Shown here: positions 7,808 through 16,068 of the stretch, piece by piece
Layout of the letters: each line of letters begins with the position of its first letter
Numbering within the stretch: the first letter of the stretch is position 1
NCBI GenBank assembly: GCA_963830365.1
Contig: CAWHMU010000022.1
Span: 1-20,742, forward strand
Source: an uncultured Chlamydiae bacterium
Lineage (GTDB): Bacteria; Chlamydiota; Chlamydiia; Chlamydiales; Parachlamydiaceae
Reading direction: 5' to 3'
Length of the DNA: 20,742 nt
Notes under the pieces: model-generated
The model's input: the letters and a program-made list of their open reading frames with translations, nothing else
Database searches by the model: none
What the model was told of the DNA's origin: nothing
Made by a program: the position numbers and the translations under genes

Positions 7808-8305
7808 ATGGGAAGATTTTGCAGAATATGCAATCAGAGACGTCCGAACGAAAGCTTTTCAGGTAAAGGACATCGACAATGTGTTTGCAAGAAGTGCCAA
7901 AAAAGACCGAAGGAAGAAATTGCCTTAATTGAAGCGAAAGATGAACTGTTGCACTATTGGGAGCAGAGTAATATTTCCGCTTTAAATATCGCGCGCCTTA
8001 AGAAGCTGACTCAGTTTCCCAGTGATGATATTCAAAAGCTTGCGCACCTCACACTCGTTGTCGCAGCTGTAAAACCCCATAAAAGGCGGCGCATGAAATG
8101 GTTAAGACAGCATCAGCGCGATCTATACCTGCGCGTAAAGGACTATTTTGGCGGAGGATATTTTGCTGAGTATGGGCCCGATGATTTCGACGAAATAGAT
8201 GCCGACGAAATAGATGCCGATGAGTATGTGGAATTATTTCAAGAATTGTCACCGGAAGACAAAGAACAATCATGGTTCGATGATGACGAGCCTTTACCCT
8301 TCTAA
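7808..8305 (+). CDS. Hypothetical protein with N-terminal CxxC...CxxC Zn finger and acidic SSB-like C-terminal tail (165 aa)
   Basis: Start reassigned to ATG 7808 because most of the upstream 27 codons translate the palindrome. Sequence begins MGRFCRIC...FSGKGH...CKKC and ends WFDDDEPLPF. Confidence 0.75.
   Translation: MGRFCRICNQRRPNESFSGKGHRQCVCKKCQKRPKEEIALIEAKDELLHYWEQSNISALNIARLKKLTQFPSDDIQKLAHLTLVVAAVKPHKRRRMKWLRQHQRDLYLRVKDYFGGGYFAEYGPDDFDEIDADEIDADEYVELFQELSPEDKEQSWFDDDEPLPF
8188..8220 (+). repeat. In-frame 15-bp tandem duplication (DEIDA x2)
   Basis: CGACGAAATAGATGC twice exactly, plus CGA. Confidence 0.9.
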
Positions 8306-8421
8306 AAAAGCCAAAATATTGGCGGCGCCATCCATTACCTAAGCCTCTCTACCTAAGTTATGCGATTTTAACAATTTAGTTTTATGACAAATTAGTGTTT
8401 TGTTTGATAGTTTATTTTTGA

Positions 8422-8450
8422 TTGTGTCGAACTGTTATTGATTGTATAAT
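8422..8450 (+). promoter_or_regulatory. Putative sigma70/sigma66 promoter of the M48 gene
   Basis: TTGTGT-17 bp-TATAAT in AT-rich DNA, 36 bp before ATG 8487. Confidence 0.5.
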
Positions 8451-8486
8451 AAATAAAAGTACTATGAAAATAACAGATGGAAATTT

Positions 8487-9482
8487 ATGGGTCTGTCGAC
8501 GGCTTGCTACATATCCGCGGCCTGGAATCTGCTGCAATCGGGCTGTGAAGCGCTGAATGCCTGGGTGCCTGGGCTTTCGCCTGGCGTATTAAGTAGCCGC
8601 GTGACTTTGCCGAATTTGGATAGCAATACGCGGCGCATTGAAAAGCTGGCCTCGCTGATCCACCTGCCAGCATCTGAGATTAAGGAAGAATTTGAAAATA
8701 AGCCTCTTTCAAAATCAGTTAGGGTCATTGCCGAAGATAGCGGACATATGGCCTGTGCGCATGGTAATCTGGCCTGTGGCATCATTGGTTTGTCGCCGCG
8801 CTTGATTGGCCACCAAAATGAAGATGTGCGTTTCTATAGGGACAAACATATCATCCAAAGGTGTACCGATGAGAAGCTGCGCTTTGATGACCTGATCGAA
8901 AAAAGCCCGGATGAGGCGGATGCATTGATCGCCTTTCTGGCGAAAAAAATTTCGCCAGCTGAGATTGAAAAATTTCAACAGCACCTGCAATTTTTAGAGA
9001 TGGATTTAAATGACAGTGAGTTGAGTTTTATCATAAACCATGAGATGGGTCATTTGACTTATCAAGATCCAAAGCAGGCCTTTCAATTATCAAGTGTGGT
9101 GCGCTTTAGTGGGGTTTTTGCGGCCGAATGGCTGGCCTCGGCGTGTGTGCCGCAGCTTTCTTTAGCCTACTACGCCAGCCAACTGGCGGGTTATTTGTTG
9201 AGCCGCTTTGCCGTGGCGTCGGTGGTGAGGCACCGCCAAGAATTGCGTGCGGATGAGTTTGCTGCCAATGATAAGCAGCAGGCGGTAGGCGGGGTCAGGT
9301 TGTTTAAGCGTTTATTGATTTTGGAATGGCTGGGATCGAAGCCTAACCCAGCTGGTCTAGAAGAGAAATCCTCTGAAGGGCAAACTCCACTGATGACTAA
9401 ACTGCGCCGCTTTGAAGCCGGTCTATCGCATCCAGCCACTAAAGCACGGCTGGCAGCCTGTGCTAAACACCTGTCCCGGTAA
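8487..9482 (+). CDS. M48-family (HtpX/Ste24-like) zinc metalloprotease
   Basis: HEMGH (HExxH), two hydrophobic segments, ELRADEFA (third-ligand motif) and SHPATKARL. Confidence 0.8.
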   Translation: MGLSTACYISAAWNLLQSGCEALNAWVPGLSPGVLSSRVTLPNLDSNTRRIEKLASLIHLPASEIKEEFENKPLSKSVRVIAEDSGHMACAHGNLACGIIGLSPRLIGHQNEDVRFYRDKHIIQRCTDEKLRFDDLIEKSPDEADALIAFLAKKISPAEIEKFQQHLQFLEMDLNDSELSFIINHEMGHLTYQDPKQAFQLSSVVRFSGVFAAEWLASACVPQLSLAYYASQLAGYLLSRFAVASVVRHRQELRADEFAANDKQQAVGGVRLFKRLLILEWLGSKPNPAGLEEKSSEGQTPLMTKLRRFEAGLSHPATKARLAACAKHLSR

Positions 9483-10278
9483 GATTTCGTGCAGCTTGCA
9501 AAAGGTATGGTTTAACGAAATAACCAAAGGCTACCGAAGCTACTGTACAGGCAATGCGCGACCAAGTCCGGCAGCGCGCATTCGCGACCATTTTTTCACC
9601 AAAATCTTTATCCTTGATTTCCTTGCTGGCGGCCTCTGCGTCTCGAACGCCAAGATGAGAGGTCAATGCCGTAGTGACAATTCCGACGCCAAGTCCAATA
9701 CCCGGGTCGGCGATATTTGCTAAAGTGGCGGCAGTACTTGCCACTTGCGTGGCAGCGCTGACTAGTTGTCCTGTTAGATGCTCCTTTTCCATTTTTCCAA
9801 AATAATTTTGTCTTAGCTGCAAATCGTCGAGATCTTTGGCACACTTTTCGAGTTCGGCTGAGAGTTTATGCTTATGGCAGGTTAGGGTGTGCAGCTTGCT
9901 GCGTGTGCCATCAGAGTTTTTTGGGTGGGCTGAAATCAGGCTTTTCAGCAGGGATTCTTTATTCCGATGATGTTGCATCAGTTTTTCGAGGTTAGCTTTT
10001 TTTTGTTGGAGAGCATTGATTTGCTCTCCAAGGCCCGCTTTTTCATTTTCCAAGGCGGTAGGCGGCAGCCAGGGTTTGGCGCGGGCTTTAAGGCAGCCGG
10101 CAGCTTTTTCTTTCATGAAGTTGAAGGTGCAGCATCTTTTGGCTAGACTGATGACTCTTTGTGTGCAGCTTTCAGCCTCTTTTTTTGGGGAGCTTTTAGG
10201 GGATGGAATAGGGGTGGAGGATGGGCTCTGGTTTGCTTGGGAGGTTGAATATGATACATTAACATCTAGAGGTAGCAT
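9463..10278 (-). CDS. Hypothetical coiled-coil protein with C-terminal hydrophobic segments; candidate type III effector / Inc-like protein
   Basis: Ser/Pro/Thr-rich N-terminus, heptad repeats (LGEQINALQQKKANLEKL; LSAELEKCAKDLDDLQL), and hydrophobic GIGLGVGIVTTAL and IACTVASVAFGYFV. The function is inference. Confidence 0.6.
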   Translation of the reverse strand: MLPLDVNVSYSTSQANQSPSSTPIPSPKSSPKKEAESCTQRVISLAKRCCTFNFMKEKAAGCLKARAKPWLPPTALENEKAGLGEQINALQQKKANLEKLMQHHRNKESLLKSLISAHPKNSDGTRSKLHTLTCHKHKLSAELEKCAKDLDDLQLRQNYFGKMEKEHLTGQLVSAATQVASTAATLANIADPGIGLGVGIVTTALTSHLGVRDAEAASKEIKDKDFGEKMVANARCRTWSRIACTVASVAFGYFVKPYLLQAARNLTGTGV

Positions 10279-10411
10279 AATAACGCCAATTATTTGTTGG
10301 TTTGGTTGTTTTTTCTTATACTATCTATTATAGCATGTTTCTATTAATTTTATATTAAGATGGGTTTTTCAGCCAAAAAAGCTGGATTTGCAGGCTGTGC
10401 TAACTTTCCGC

Positions 10412-10440
10412 TTGATTTCAAACGGCAGGTGCGCTATCCT
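10412..10440 (+). promoter_or_regulatory. Putative promoter of rplU-rpmA
   Basis: TTGATT-17 bp-TATCCT, 57 bp before the rplU ATG. Confidence 0.5.
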
Positions 10441-10497
10441 TTGTGTTTTCAAGTGAATTTAAAGACAGCAAAACTCGCTATCTGTAGGGAGAGAAAA

Positions 10498-10806
10498 ATG
10501 TACGCCATTATCAAAACAGGTGGAAAGCAATATAGAGTAGCCGTGGGCGAATCCGTCGACGTCGAACTGCTCGACGGGGAAATTGGCTCCGAAGTGCGTT
10601 TCACCGAGGTGCTTTTTGTAAATAAAGGTTCTACGCCTATGGTAGGCGGACCTTTTGTGCCAGGATGTGTGGTCACTGGGGAACTGATTGACTACGTCGC
10701 CGGGCCTAAAGTAAAATGTATGAAATATATTCCTGGTAACCACCGCAAGAGAATTGGCCATCGCCAGCACTATTCGCGAGTGAAAATTACTCAAATCGCA
10801 AGCTAA
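10498..10806 (+). CDS. rplU: 50S ribosomal protein L21
   Basis: MYAIIKTGGKQYRV...GHRQHYSRVKITQI. Start reassigned to ATG 10498, which has an AGGGAG RBS. Confidence 0.97.
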   Translation: MYAIIKTGGKQYRVAVGESVDVELLDGEIGSEVRFTEVLFVNKGSTPMVGGPFVPGCVVTGELIDYVAGPKVKCMKYIPGNHRKRIGHRQHYSRVKITQIAS

Positions 10807-10817
10807 GGTAGGAACAC

Positions 10818-11069
10818 ATGGCACATAAGAAAGGACAGGGATCGACCCGTAACGGCCGCGATTCTCATTCAAAGCGCCTGGGTGTCAAAGTTGGCTCAGG
10901 AGAAGTTGTCAAAGCTGGCAGCATCCTGATCAGACAACGCGGCACCAAGTGGCATCCGGCGAAAAATGTGGGTAGGGGCACAGATGATACACTCTTTGCA
11001 CTTGCCGACGGGATCGTCGTTTTCCGCAAGACCGATAAGACATACGTCTCCATTCAAGCCGGCGTGTAG
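10818..11069 (+). CDS. rpmA: 50S ribosomal protein L27
   Basis: [24 protein letters not shown]...RQRGTKWHP. Confidence 0.98.
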   Translation: MAHKKGQGSTRNGRDSHSKRLGVKVGSGEVVKAGSILIRQRGTKWHPAKNVGRGTDDTLFALADGIVVFRKTDKTYVSIQAGV

Positions 11070-11100
11070 TCGCGGCTAAAGAGTGTTTATTAAGGTAATA

Positions 11101-11150
11101 GGCGCAAAAATCTGCGGGTCAAGTCCCTTGATTTTTGCGCCTTTTTGTTT
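11101..11150 (+). terminator. Rho-independent terminator between rpmA and obgE
   Basis: GGCGCAAAAATC...GATTTTTGCGCC stem followed by TTTTTGTTT. Confidence 0.7.
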
Positions 11151-11163
11151 GTAAGAAAAATCC

Positions 11164-11254
11164 CCTGGATTTCGGATCTATCTGCTTGAATATTAGCGAG
11201 ATATTCCACAGAGTATTTCACAGTGTATTCCAGCAGAGCGATCTAAAATTCAGG
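11164..11254. repeat. ~91-nt imperfect hairpin upstream of obgE
   Basis: CCTGGATTTCGGATC..TCTGCT.GAATA...GAGATATTC-CACA-GAGTATTTC...TATTC.AGCAGA..GATCTAAAATTCAGG pairs end to end, with G-T pairs and mismatches. Confidence 0.55.
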
Positions 11255-11274
11255 CTAGCAAGGTATGGTTTTTT

Positions 11275-12285
11275 ATGTTTATCGATCACGTTGATCTTGA
11301 TCTCTTCGCCGGCAAAGGTGGCAATGGTGTGGTGGCTTGGCGCCGCGAGAAATATATCCCTAAAGGGGGCCCGACAGGCGGCAATGGCGGCCGCGGCGGT
11401 TCCGTCATTCTGGAGTCGGACGTACAGGTGTATTCACTGGAGTGGTATCGCAATCGCCGCATCCTTAAGGCCGAAGATGGCCGCCCGGGGGCATCCAGCA
11501 GCCGCCAGGGGCGTGGCGGCAAGGATCTGATCCTTAAAGTTCCTTGTGGCACATTGGTGAAAGACATTAAGACCAAAGAGGTCCTGTTCGACTTTACCGC
11601 CGACAAGCAGCAGTGGATCATATGCAAGGGCGGGCGCGGCGGGCGCGGGAATGAGACCTTTAAGACACCCACCAACCGGGCCCCGAACACCTGCACGCCG
11701 GGGACGGAAGGGCAAAGCATCCAGGTGGAGCTTGAGCTTAAGCTGATTGCCGATGTGGGTTTGGTAGGCTTTCCCAATGCCGGTAAATCGACCTTGATTT
11801 CCACTTTGGCGCATGTGAGAGTAAAGATTGCGGCTTATCCATTTACGACTTTGCAGCCCAATATCGGCTTTATCCAGCGTGCGGATTTATCGCGCATTTT
11901 CATCGCCGACATTCCGGGGATTATTGAAGGCGCCCATCGCAACCGCGGTTTAGGCTTTGAATTCCTGCGCCATATTGAGCGCACCAAGCTTTTGCTTTTT
12001 GTGCTGGATGCTTCGGGCATTGATGGACGCAATCCGAGCGATGATTACCGCGTGTTGCGCTCTGAGCTTTCCAAGTACAATGCCGAGATGCTGCAGCGCC
12101 CGTATCTGGTGGTGCTCAACAAGATCGATTCGGAAGAAGCGGCGGCGCATTGCCTGCAGTTCCATCAGGATTTTCCGCTCGCGCCGGGCTTGGTATATGA
12201 AATTTCGGCTTTATGTGGCGATGGCATTCAAGAGCTGCGTCAGGCCATTTTCGCTAAGTGTCCGACCGAAGAGATGCCGGCTTAG
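11275..12285 (+). CDS. obgE: GTPase ObgE/CgtA
   Basis: Gly-rich Obg fold (GKGGNG, GGPTGGNGGRGG), G1 GFPNAGKS, G2 YPFTT, G3 DIPG, G4 NKID. Confidence 0.97.
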   Translation: MFIDHVDLDLFAGKGGNGVVAWRREKYIPKGGPTGGNGGRGGSVILESDVQVYSLEWYRNRRILKAEDGRPGASSSRQGRGGKDLILKVPCGTLVKDIKTKEVLFDFTADKQQWIICKGGRGGRGNETFKTPTNRAPNTCTPGTEGQSIQVELELKLIADVGLVGFPNAGKSTLISTLAHVRVKIAAYPFTTLQPNIGFIQRADLSRIFIADIPGIIEGAHRNRGLGFEFLRHIERTKLLLFVLDASGIDGRNPSDDYRVLRSELSKYNAEMLQRPYLVVLNKIDSEEAAAHCLQFHQDFPLAPGLVYEISALCGDGIQELRQAIFAKCPTEEMPA

Positions 12286-12305
12286 TTAGGCTGGCAGATA
12301 AGTTT

Positions 12306-12356
12306 AAAAACGGTGCTTGCCGGTGAAGGATTTTCACCACAAGCGCCGTTTTTTTT
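12306..12356. terminator. Bidirectional terminator between the convergent obgE and SRPBCC genes
   Basis: AAAAA-CGGTGCTTG..GGTGAA-loop-TTCACC.CAAGCGCCG-TTTTTTTT. Confidence 0.75.
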
Positions 12357-12783
12357 AGATCCGGTTTTCCACCTTTTTAACGAGGTTTTTCAGGGCTTGC
12401 GGCACTGATTTTTTGAATTGAAAGCACATGGTTAAGGCCAGGAGCGGGGCTAACAGGCCTGTCACCTTGACATGGTGCGTGATTTTTACTTGATTGGCGT
12501 TGATTTTTTCCAGCTTGTGGCTGAACACCAAGGTGGTGAACGGCATATGGGTGGTATCGCTATGGGCTTCATTCGGCACGATCTTTGAAATGACAAAATC
12601 AGAAGCGAACCAGCCTTTGGGCTTCAAAGTCCCTTTTGTCCCCTCGGCAAATTTGCCATCCAGGCGGCTCCAGCTAAGTTCATGATCCCAACTTGGCCAA
12701 TTCGGCACATCTTTATAGATATTCCAGACGGCTTCTGGCGCAGCCATGGCGGTTTCACTAGCATTTATTTCCCAACTAAACAT
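12355..12783 (-). CDS. SRPBCC / polyketide cyclase-like (START superfamily) protein
   Basis: AAPEAVWNIYKDVPNWPSWD...GKFAEGTKG and a C-terminal helix ALKNLVKKVE. Start reassigned to ATG 12783, which has a CAGGAG RBS. Confidence 0.8.
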   Translation of the reverse strand: MFSWEINASETAMAAPEAVWNIYKDVPNWPSWDHELSWSRLDGKFAEGTKGTLKPKGWFASDFVISKIVPNEAHSDTTHMPFTTLVFSHKLEKINANQVKITHHVKVTGLLAPLLALTMCFQFKKSVPQALKNLVKKVENRI

Positions 12784-12844
12784 TTTCAACTCCTGTGTTT
12801 TAAATTTTTTCAAGCCTTACGCTGAGGCTGGCGCCAGAAGGTCT

Positions 12845-13004
12845 AATTAGCCTCGATAGAGGCGGAAGCATGTAGCCATAGGTGTGAACCTATGGAATAA
12901 AATGTAGTATAAAGAGAGCCGTGTTCACGGCTTTGTTTCTAAATATTCGATCACCACACGCTGACGCATATGGCTACATGCTTCTGCCGTATTCACGGCT
13001 AATT
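12845..13004. repeat. 160-bp REP-doublet (REPIN-like) element with nested hairpins
   Basis: Inverted arms AATTAGCC-N8-GGCRGAAGCATGTAGCCATA, each containing two small hairpins, plus a central AGCCGTGTTCACGGCT palindrome. Confidence 0.7.
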
Positions 13005-13145
13005 TAAGCACCTCATTCCTTGAGACAGGCATTCATTTGACGGATGAATCATATGAAATTGCGGTTGGTGCCTTTGACACTATACCATGGGTGACAAATA
13101 GGGGTGGCTCGACACTAACTATCATGACTTAAGGGAAAATACGAT

Positions 13146-13176
13146 ACGCACACACCTACAAAGTGGGTGTGTGCGT
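13146..13176 (-). terminator. Terminator-like hairpin at the end of the sppA-polA-coaE-rho operon
   Basis: 14-bp stem ACGCACACACCTAC-AAA-GTGGGTGTGTGCGT (one imperfect pair), 8 bp after the stop at 13185. The U-tract is weak. Confidence 0.6.
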
Positions 13177-13184
13177 TTAGGAGC

Positions 13185-14027
13185 TTACCAGGCGGGAAAG
13201 GCGTAGCGCGGGGTCATGCGTTGACCATTTAGCGCATTCCAAAAGCTGGTGAGTATCGAGCCGTCGGGATTGACGACTTCGATGCTGTATACCGGCAGGA
13301 AGACTTCGGTTGAGCTGCGCACAGTGAAATCTTCACCGAAGGCCGCCTTCGCGATCTTCTGGATCTGGGCATTGGAATATTTGCCTGTGACGCGCTGGGC
13401 ATGGTTATAGGGTTTCTTTACCAGCCAGTCATTCATTTTAGTCTCGGGCTGTACCAGGATTTTGGGGTCCTGGAAATGCAATTGCAGCTCGTTGCCTTTT
13501 TGTACGACGAGATATTTTGCAAGAGCGCTATCTACCCATAGGTGCAAGGTCTCTTTTTCGACCTGCAATTCTTTTTGCAGCCGGTCCAGCGTGCTTGCCC
13601 CCTTGCTTTTGGCAAGAGCCTGCATGAGTTTGAAGTCATTGCGTGTAGCATCGGCATTGATAGCGTCTTCAAAACCATGTGTTTTATCCCAGCTGTCGGT
13701 GTTGAGCACCATTTCGCCATCCACCAGACTCCATAAGGCCGTGGCTTCGCGCGTCCTTTTGTCGGGCTGGAAGTATTTGACTTCCATCAACACGTAAGGA
13801 TGGAATTTAAGTCCGGTATCCTGAAAGGCATGCTGGTCATCGACAAGCAGCTCCTTGCGATGACTTTCCATGATCTGTTCAGGGGTATAGCGCGCCTTTA
13901 GGGTGATGAACTCCCCATTTTCCACATACTGCTGCACCATGCCGGAAAAATGATCCATGCTGTTATACATCCATAAGCCTGCCGTCAGCAAGAGGCCTAT
14001 GACTAGATAGGGGATGATTTTGCGCAT
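13185..14027 (-). CDS. Conserved hypothetical membrane-anchored protein downstream of rho (positional equivalent of C. trachomatis CT490)
   Basis: 280 aa with a single N-terminal hydrophobic helix, starting 3 bp after the rho stop. The orthology is inferred from gene order only. Confidence 0.7.
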   Translation of the reverse strand: MRKIIPYLVIGLLLTAGLWMYNSMDHFSGMVQQYVENGEFITLKARYTPEQIMESHRKELLVDDQHAFQDTGLKFHPYVLMEVKYFQPDKRTREATALWSLVDGEMVLNTDSWDKTHGFEDAINADATRNDFKLMQALAKSKGASTLDRLQKELQVEKETLHLWVDSALAKYLVVQKGNELQLHFQDPKILVQPETKMNDWLVKKPYNHAQRVTGKYSNAQIQKIAKAAFGEDFTVRSSTEVFLPVYSIEVVNPDGSILTSFWNALNGQRMTPRYAFPAW

Positions 14028-14030
14028 GGC

Positions 14031-15401
14031 TTATTCCTTCATTGACAGCAAGAATTCGGCATTGCTATTGGTCTTTTTCAGGCGTCCAAGCAGGAGGTTC
14101 ATGGCATCCACGGTGGCAAGATCGGCGACGGCTTGGCGCAGCAGGTAGATCTTCTCCAGCTCGCTTGGATGATACAAGAGCTCTTCTTTGCGGGTACCGC
14201 TCTTGATCAGGTCAATGGCCGGATAGATGCGGCGGTCGGCCAAGCGGCGGTCCAGCACCAATTCCATATTGCCGGTACCTTTAAATTCTTCAAAGATGAC
14301 TTCATCCATACGCGAGCCTGTTTCGATCAGGGCGGTGGCGATGATCGTCAGCGAGCCGCCTTGTTCGATATTACGGGCGGCGCCAAAGAAGCGTTTGGGC
14401 TTGTGCAGGGCGTTGGCATCGATACCGCCGGAAAGGATCTTGCCGGAGTGTGGCTGGATGGTGTTGTAAGCGCGAGCGAGGCGCGTGAGCGAATCGAGCA
14501 GGATGACGACATCATTGCCGTGTTCTACCAGGCGGCGGGCTTTCTCGATGGCCATTTCGGCCACTTGGACGTGCCTTTCAGGCGGTTCATCGAAAGTCGA
14601 GGCGATGACTTCACCTTTGACGATGCGCTGCATGTCGGTGACTTCTTCAGGGCGCTCGTCGATCAGCAGAACGATCAGCACGATTTCCGGATTGTTGGTA
14701 GCTACGGAATTGGCGATGTTTTGCAAGATGATGGTTTTGCCGGTGCGCGGCGGGGCGACGATCAATCCGCGCTGCCCTTTGCCGATAGGTGCTGCCAGGT
14801 CTAAGACGCGCGTTGACAGCCTGTCTTTGGTAGTTTCCATGACGATGCGCTCATCAGGATAAAGCGGGGTCAGGTTTTCAAAGAGGATGCGTTCTTTAGC
14901 TTTTTCGGGAGCCCGGCCGTTGATGCTGTCGACTTTCAGCAGCGCAAAATATTTCTCTTTTTCTTTGGGCGGCCGGATGGTGCCGCAGAGGGTATCGCCT
15001 TTTTTCAGATCGAAGCGTCTGATTTGGGCCGGCGAGACATAGATATCTTCAGCTGAAGGCAGGTAGTTGTAATTTGGGGAGCGTAAAAAGCCGAAGCCAT
15101 CGGATAGGATTTCGAGCACGCCTTCGCCATAAAGGACTTCATTGGGTTTTTCGGAGATGGCTTTAACGATTTCGAAAACCATCTGTGATTTGGTGAGCGA
15201 GCCCAGGTGGCGCAGGCCGATTTTTTTGCCGAACTGGTTAAGCTGGTCGATATTCATGCGCTGAATTTCAGCGATTTTGGTGATCTCCTCGATGCCTGAG
15301 GAGCCTTGTGATGAAGTCTGCTCGGCAGATTCTCTTTCGGAGGCTGTGAGATTATCTTCGTAGGTTGAAGATAGATCGGAAGAAGGATTTTCTGGATTCA
15401 T
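14031..15401 (-). CDS. rho: Transcription termination factor Rho
   Basis: [27 protein letters not shown], Walker [32 protein letters not shown] and SGTRKEELL. Confidence 0.98.
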   Translation of the reverse strand: MNPENPSSDLSSTYEDNLTASERESAEQTSSQGSSGIEEITKIAEIQRMNIDQLNQFGKKIGLRHLGSLTKSQMVFEIVKAISEKPNEVLYGEGVLEILSDGFGFLRSPNYNYLPSAEDIYVSPAQIRRFDLKKGDTLCGTIRPPKEKEKYFALLKVDSINGRAPEKAKERILFENLTPLYPDERIVMETTKDRLSTRVLDLAAPIGKGQRGLIVAPPRTGKTIILQNIANSVATNNPEIVLIVLLIDERPEEVTDMQRIVKGEVIASTFDEPPERHVQVAEMAIEKARRLVEHGNDVVILLDSLTRLARAYNTIQPHSGKILSGGIDANALHKPKRFFGAARNIEQGGSLTIIATALIETGSRMDEVIFEEFKGTGNMELVLDRRLADRRIYPAIDLIKSGTRKEELLYHPSELEKIYLLRQAVADLATVDAMNLLLGRLKKTNSNAEFLLSMKE

Positions 15402-15450
15402 TAAAGAATCAAACTCCTAAATTATAAAAGTTTTAAAGGAAGGGTTTCTT

Positions 15451-16068
15451 TCATCTATTGGGTGATGAAACGAGTTTGTTAAAAAGATGGCACACAGCCT
15501 TGTGCATTTCTTCTGTGCTGCCATGGTTTTCGATGACGAAGTCTGCACGTTTTGCCTTGTCTTCCGCGGAAAACTGGCGGGTCATGCGTTTATCGTATTC
15601 TGCAGCGGCATGGCCGGTGGCTGATATAAATCGTCGCCGGCACACATCAATCGGAGCATGCACGGCAATGGTGTAGTCAAAATAATTTTCGCCTGCGACT
15701 TCGAATAATAAAGGGATTTCAGCAACGAATAAAGCCACATCACCTTGATTATTCACCTGTTGATACCGATTTTCAATTTCACTTAAGACAGCAGGGTGAA
15801 GAAGTTTTTCCAGGGATATTAGCCATGCCGGATCGTTGAAAACCTTTTTAGCAATCTGGTTGCGGTCGATCCGACCATCCACGACAATATCTGCACCTAA
15901 CAAAGCAATGACTTGTTGTCCTAGGGATGTTTTGGGTGAAGACAATAGTTGGTGAACGATTTCGTCGGCACTGACTACGTGGGCTCCAAGTTCTTTAAAG
16001 AAACGACAAACTGATGATTTGCCACACGAAAGACCGCCGGTTACGGCTACTTTAGATAACATTAACAT
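15451..16068 (-). CDS. coaE: Dephospho-CoA kinase
   Basis: VAVTGGLSCGKS P-loop, SADEIVH, LHP, EIPLLFE and ADFVIEN. The start (ATG 16068, or 16062) overlaps the polA stop. Confidence 0.95.
   Translation of the reverse strand: MLMLSKVAVTGGLSCGKSSVCRFFKELGAHVVSADEIVHQLLSSPKTSLGQQVIALLGADIVVDGRIDRNQIAKKVFNDPAWLISLEKLLHPAVLSEIENRYQQVNNQGDVALFVAEIPLLFEVAGENYFDYTIAVHAPIDVCRRRFISATGHAAAEYDKRMTRQFSAEDKAKRADFVIENHGSTEEMHKAVCHLFNKLVSSPNR

Noticed and set aside
7037..10400. Integrase-type genomic island with a tRNA 3'-end duplication
   Set aside because: I found no repeat of TTCCAGTTCTGGCCA and no integrase. It is treated only as an accessory stretch.
13001..13132. Short open frame (…ETGIHLTDESYEIAVGAFDTIPW…) as a gene remnant
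   Set aside because: It has no start or RBS and no recognisable similarity.
14133..14862. Long antisense ORFs over rho (similar ones lie over polA, scpB, obgE and tsp)
   Set aside because: These are shadow ORFs expected opposite GC-biased conserved genes, with no motifs or RBS.
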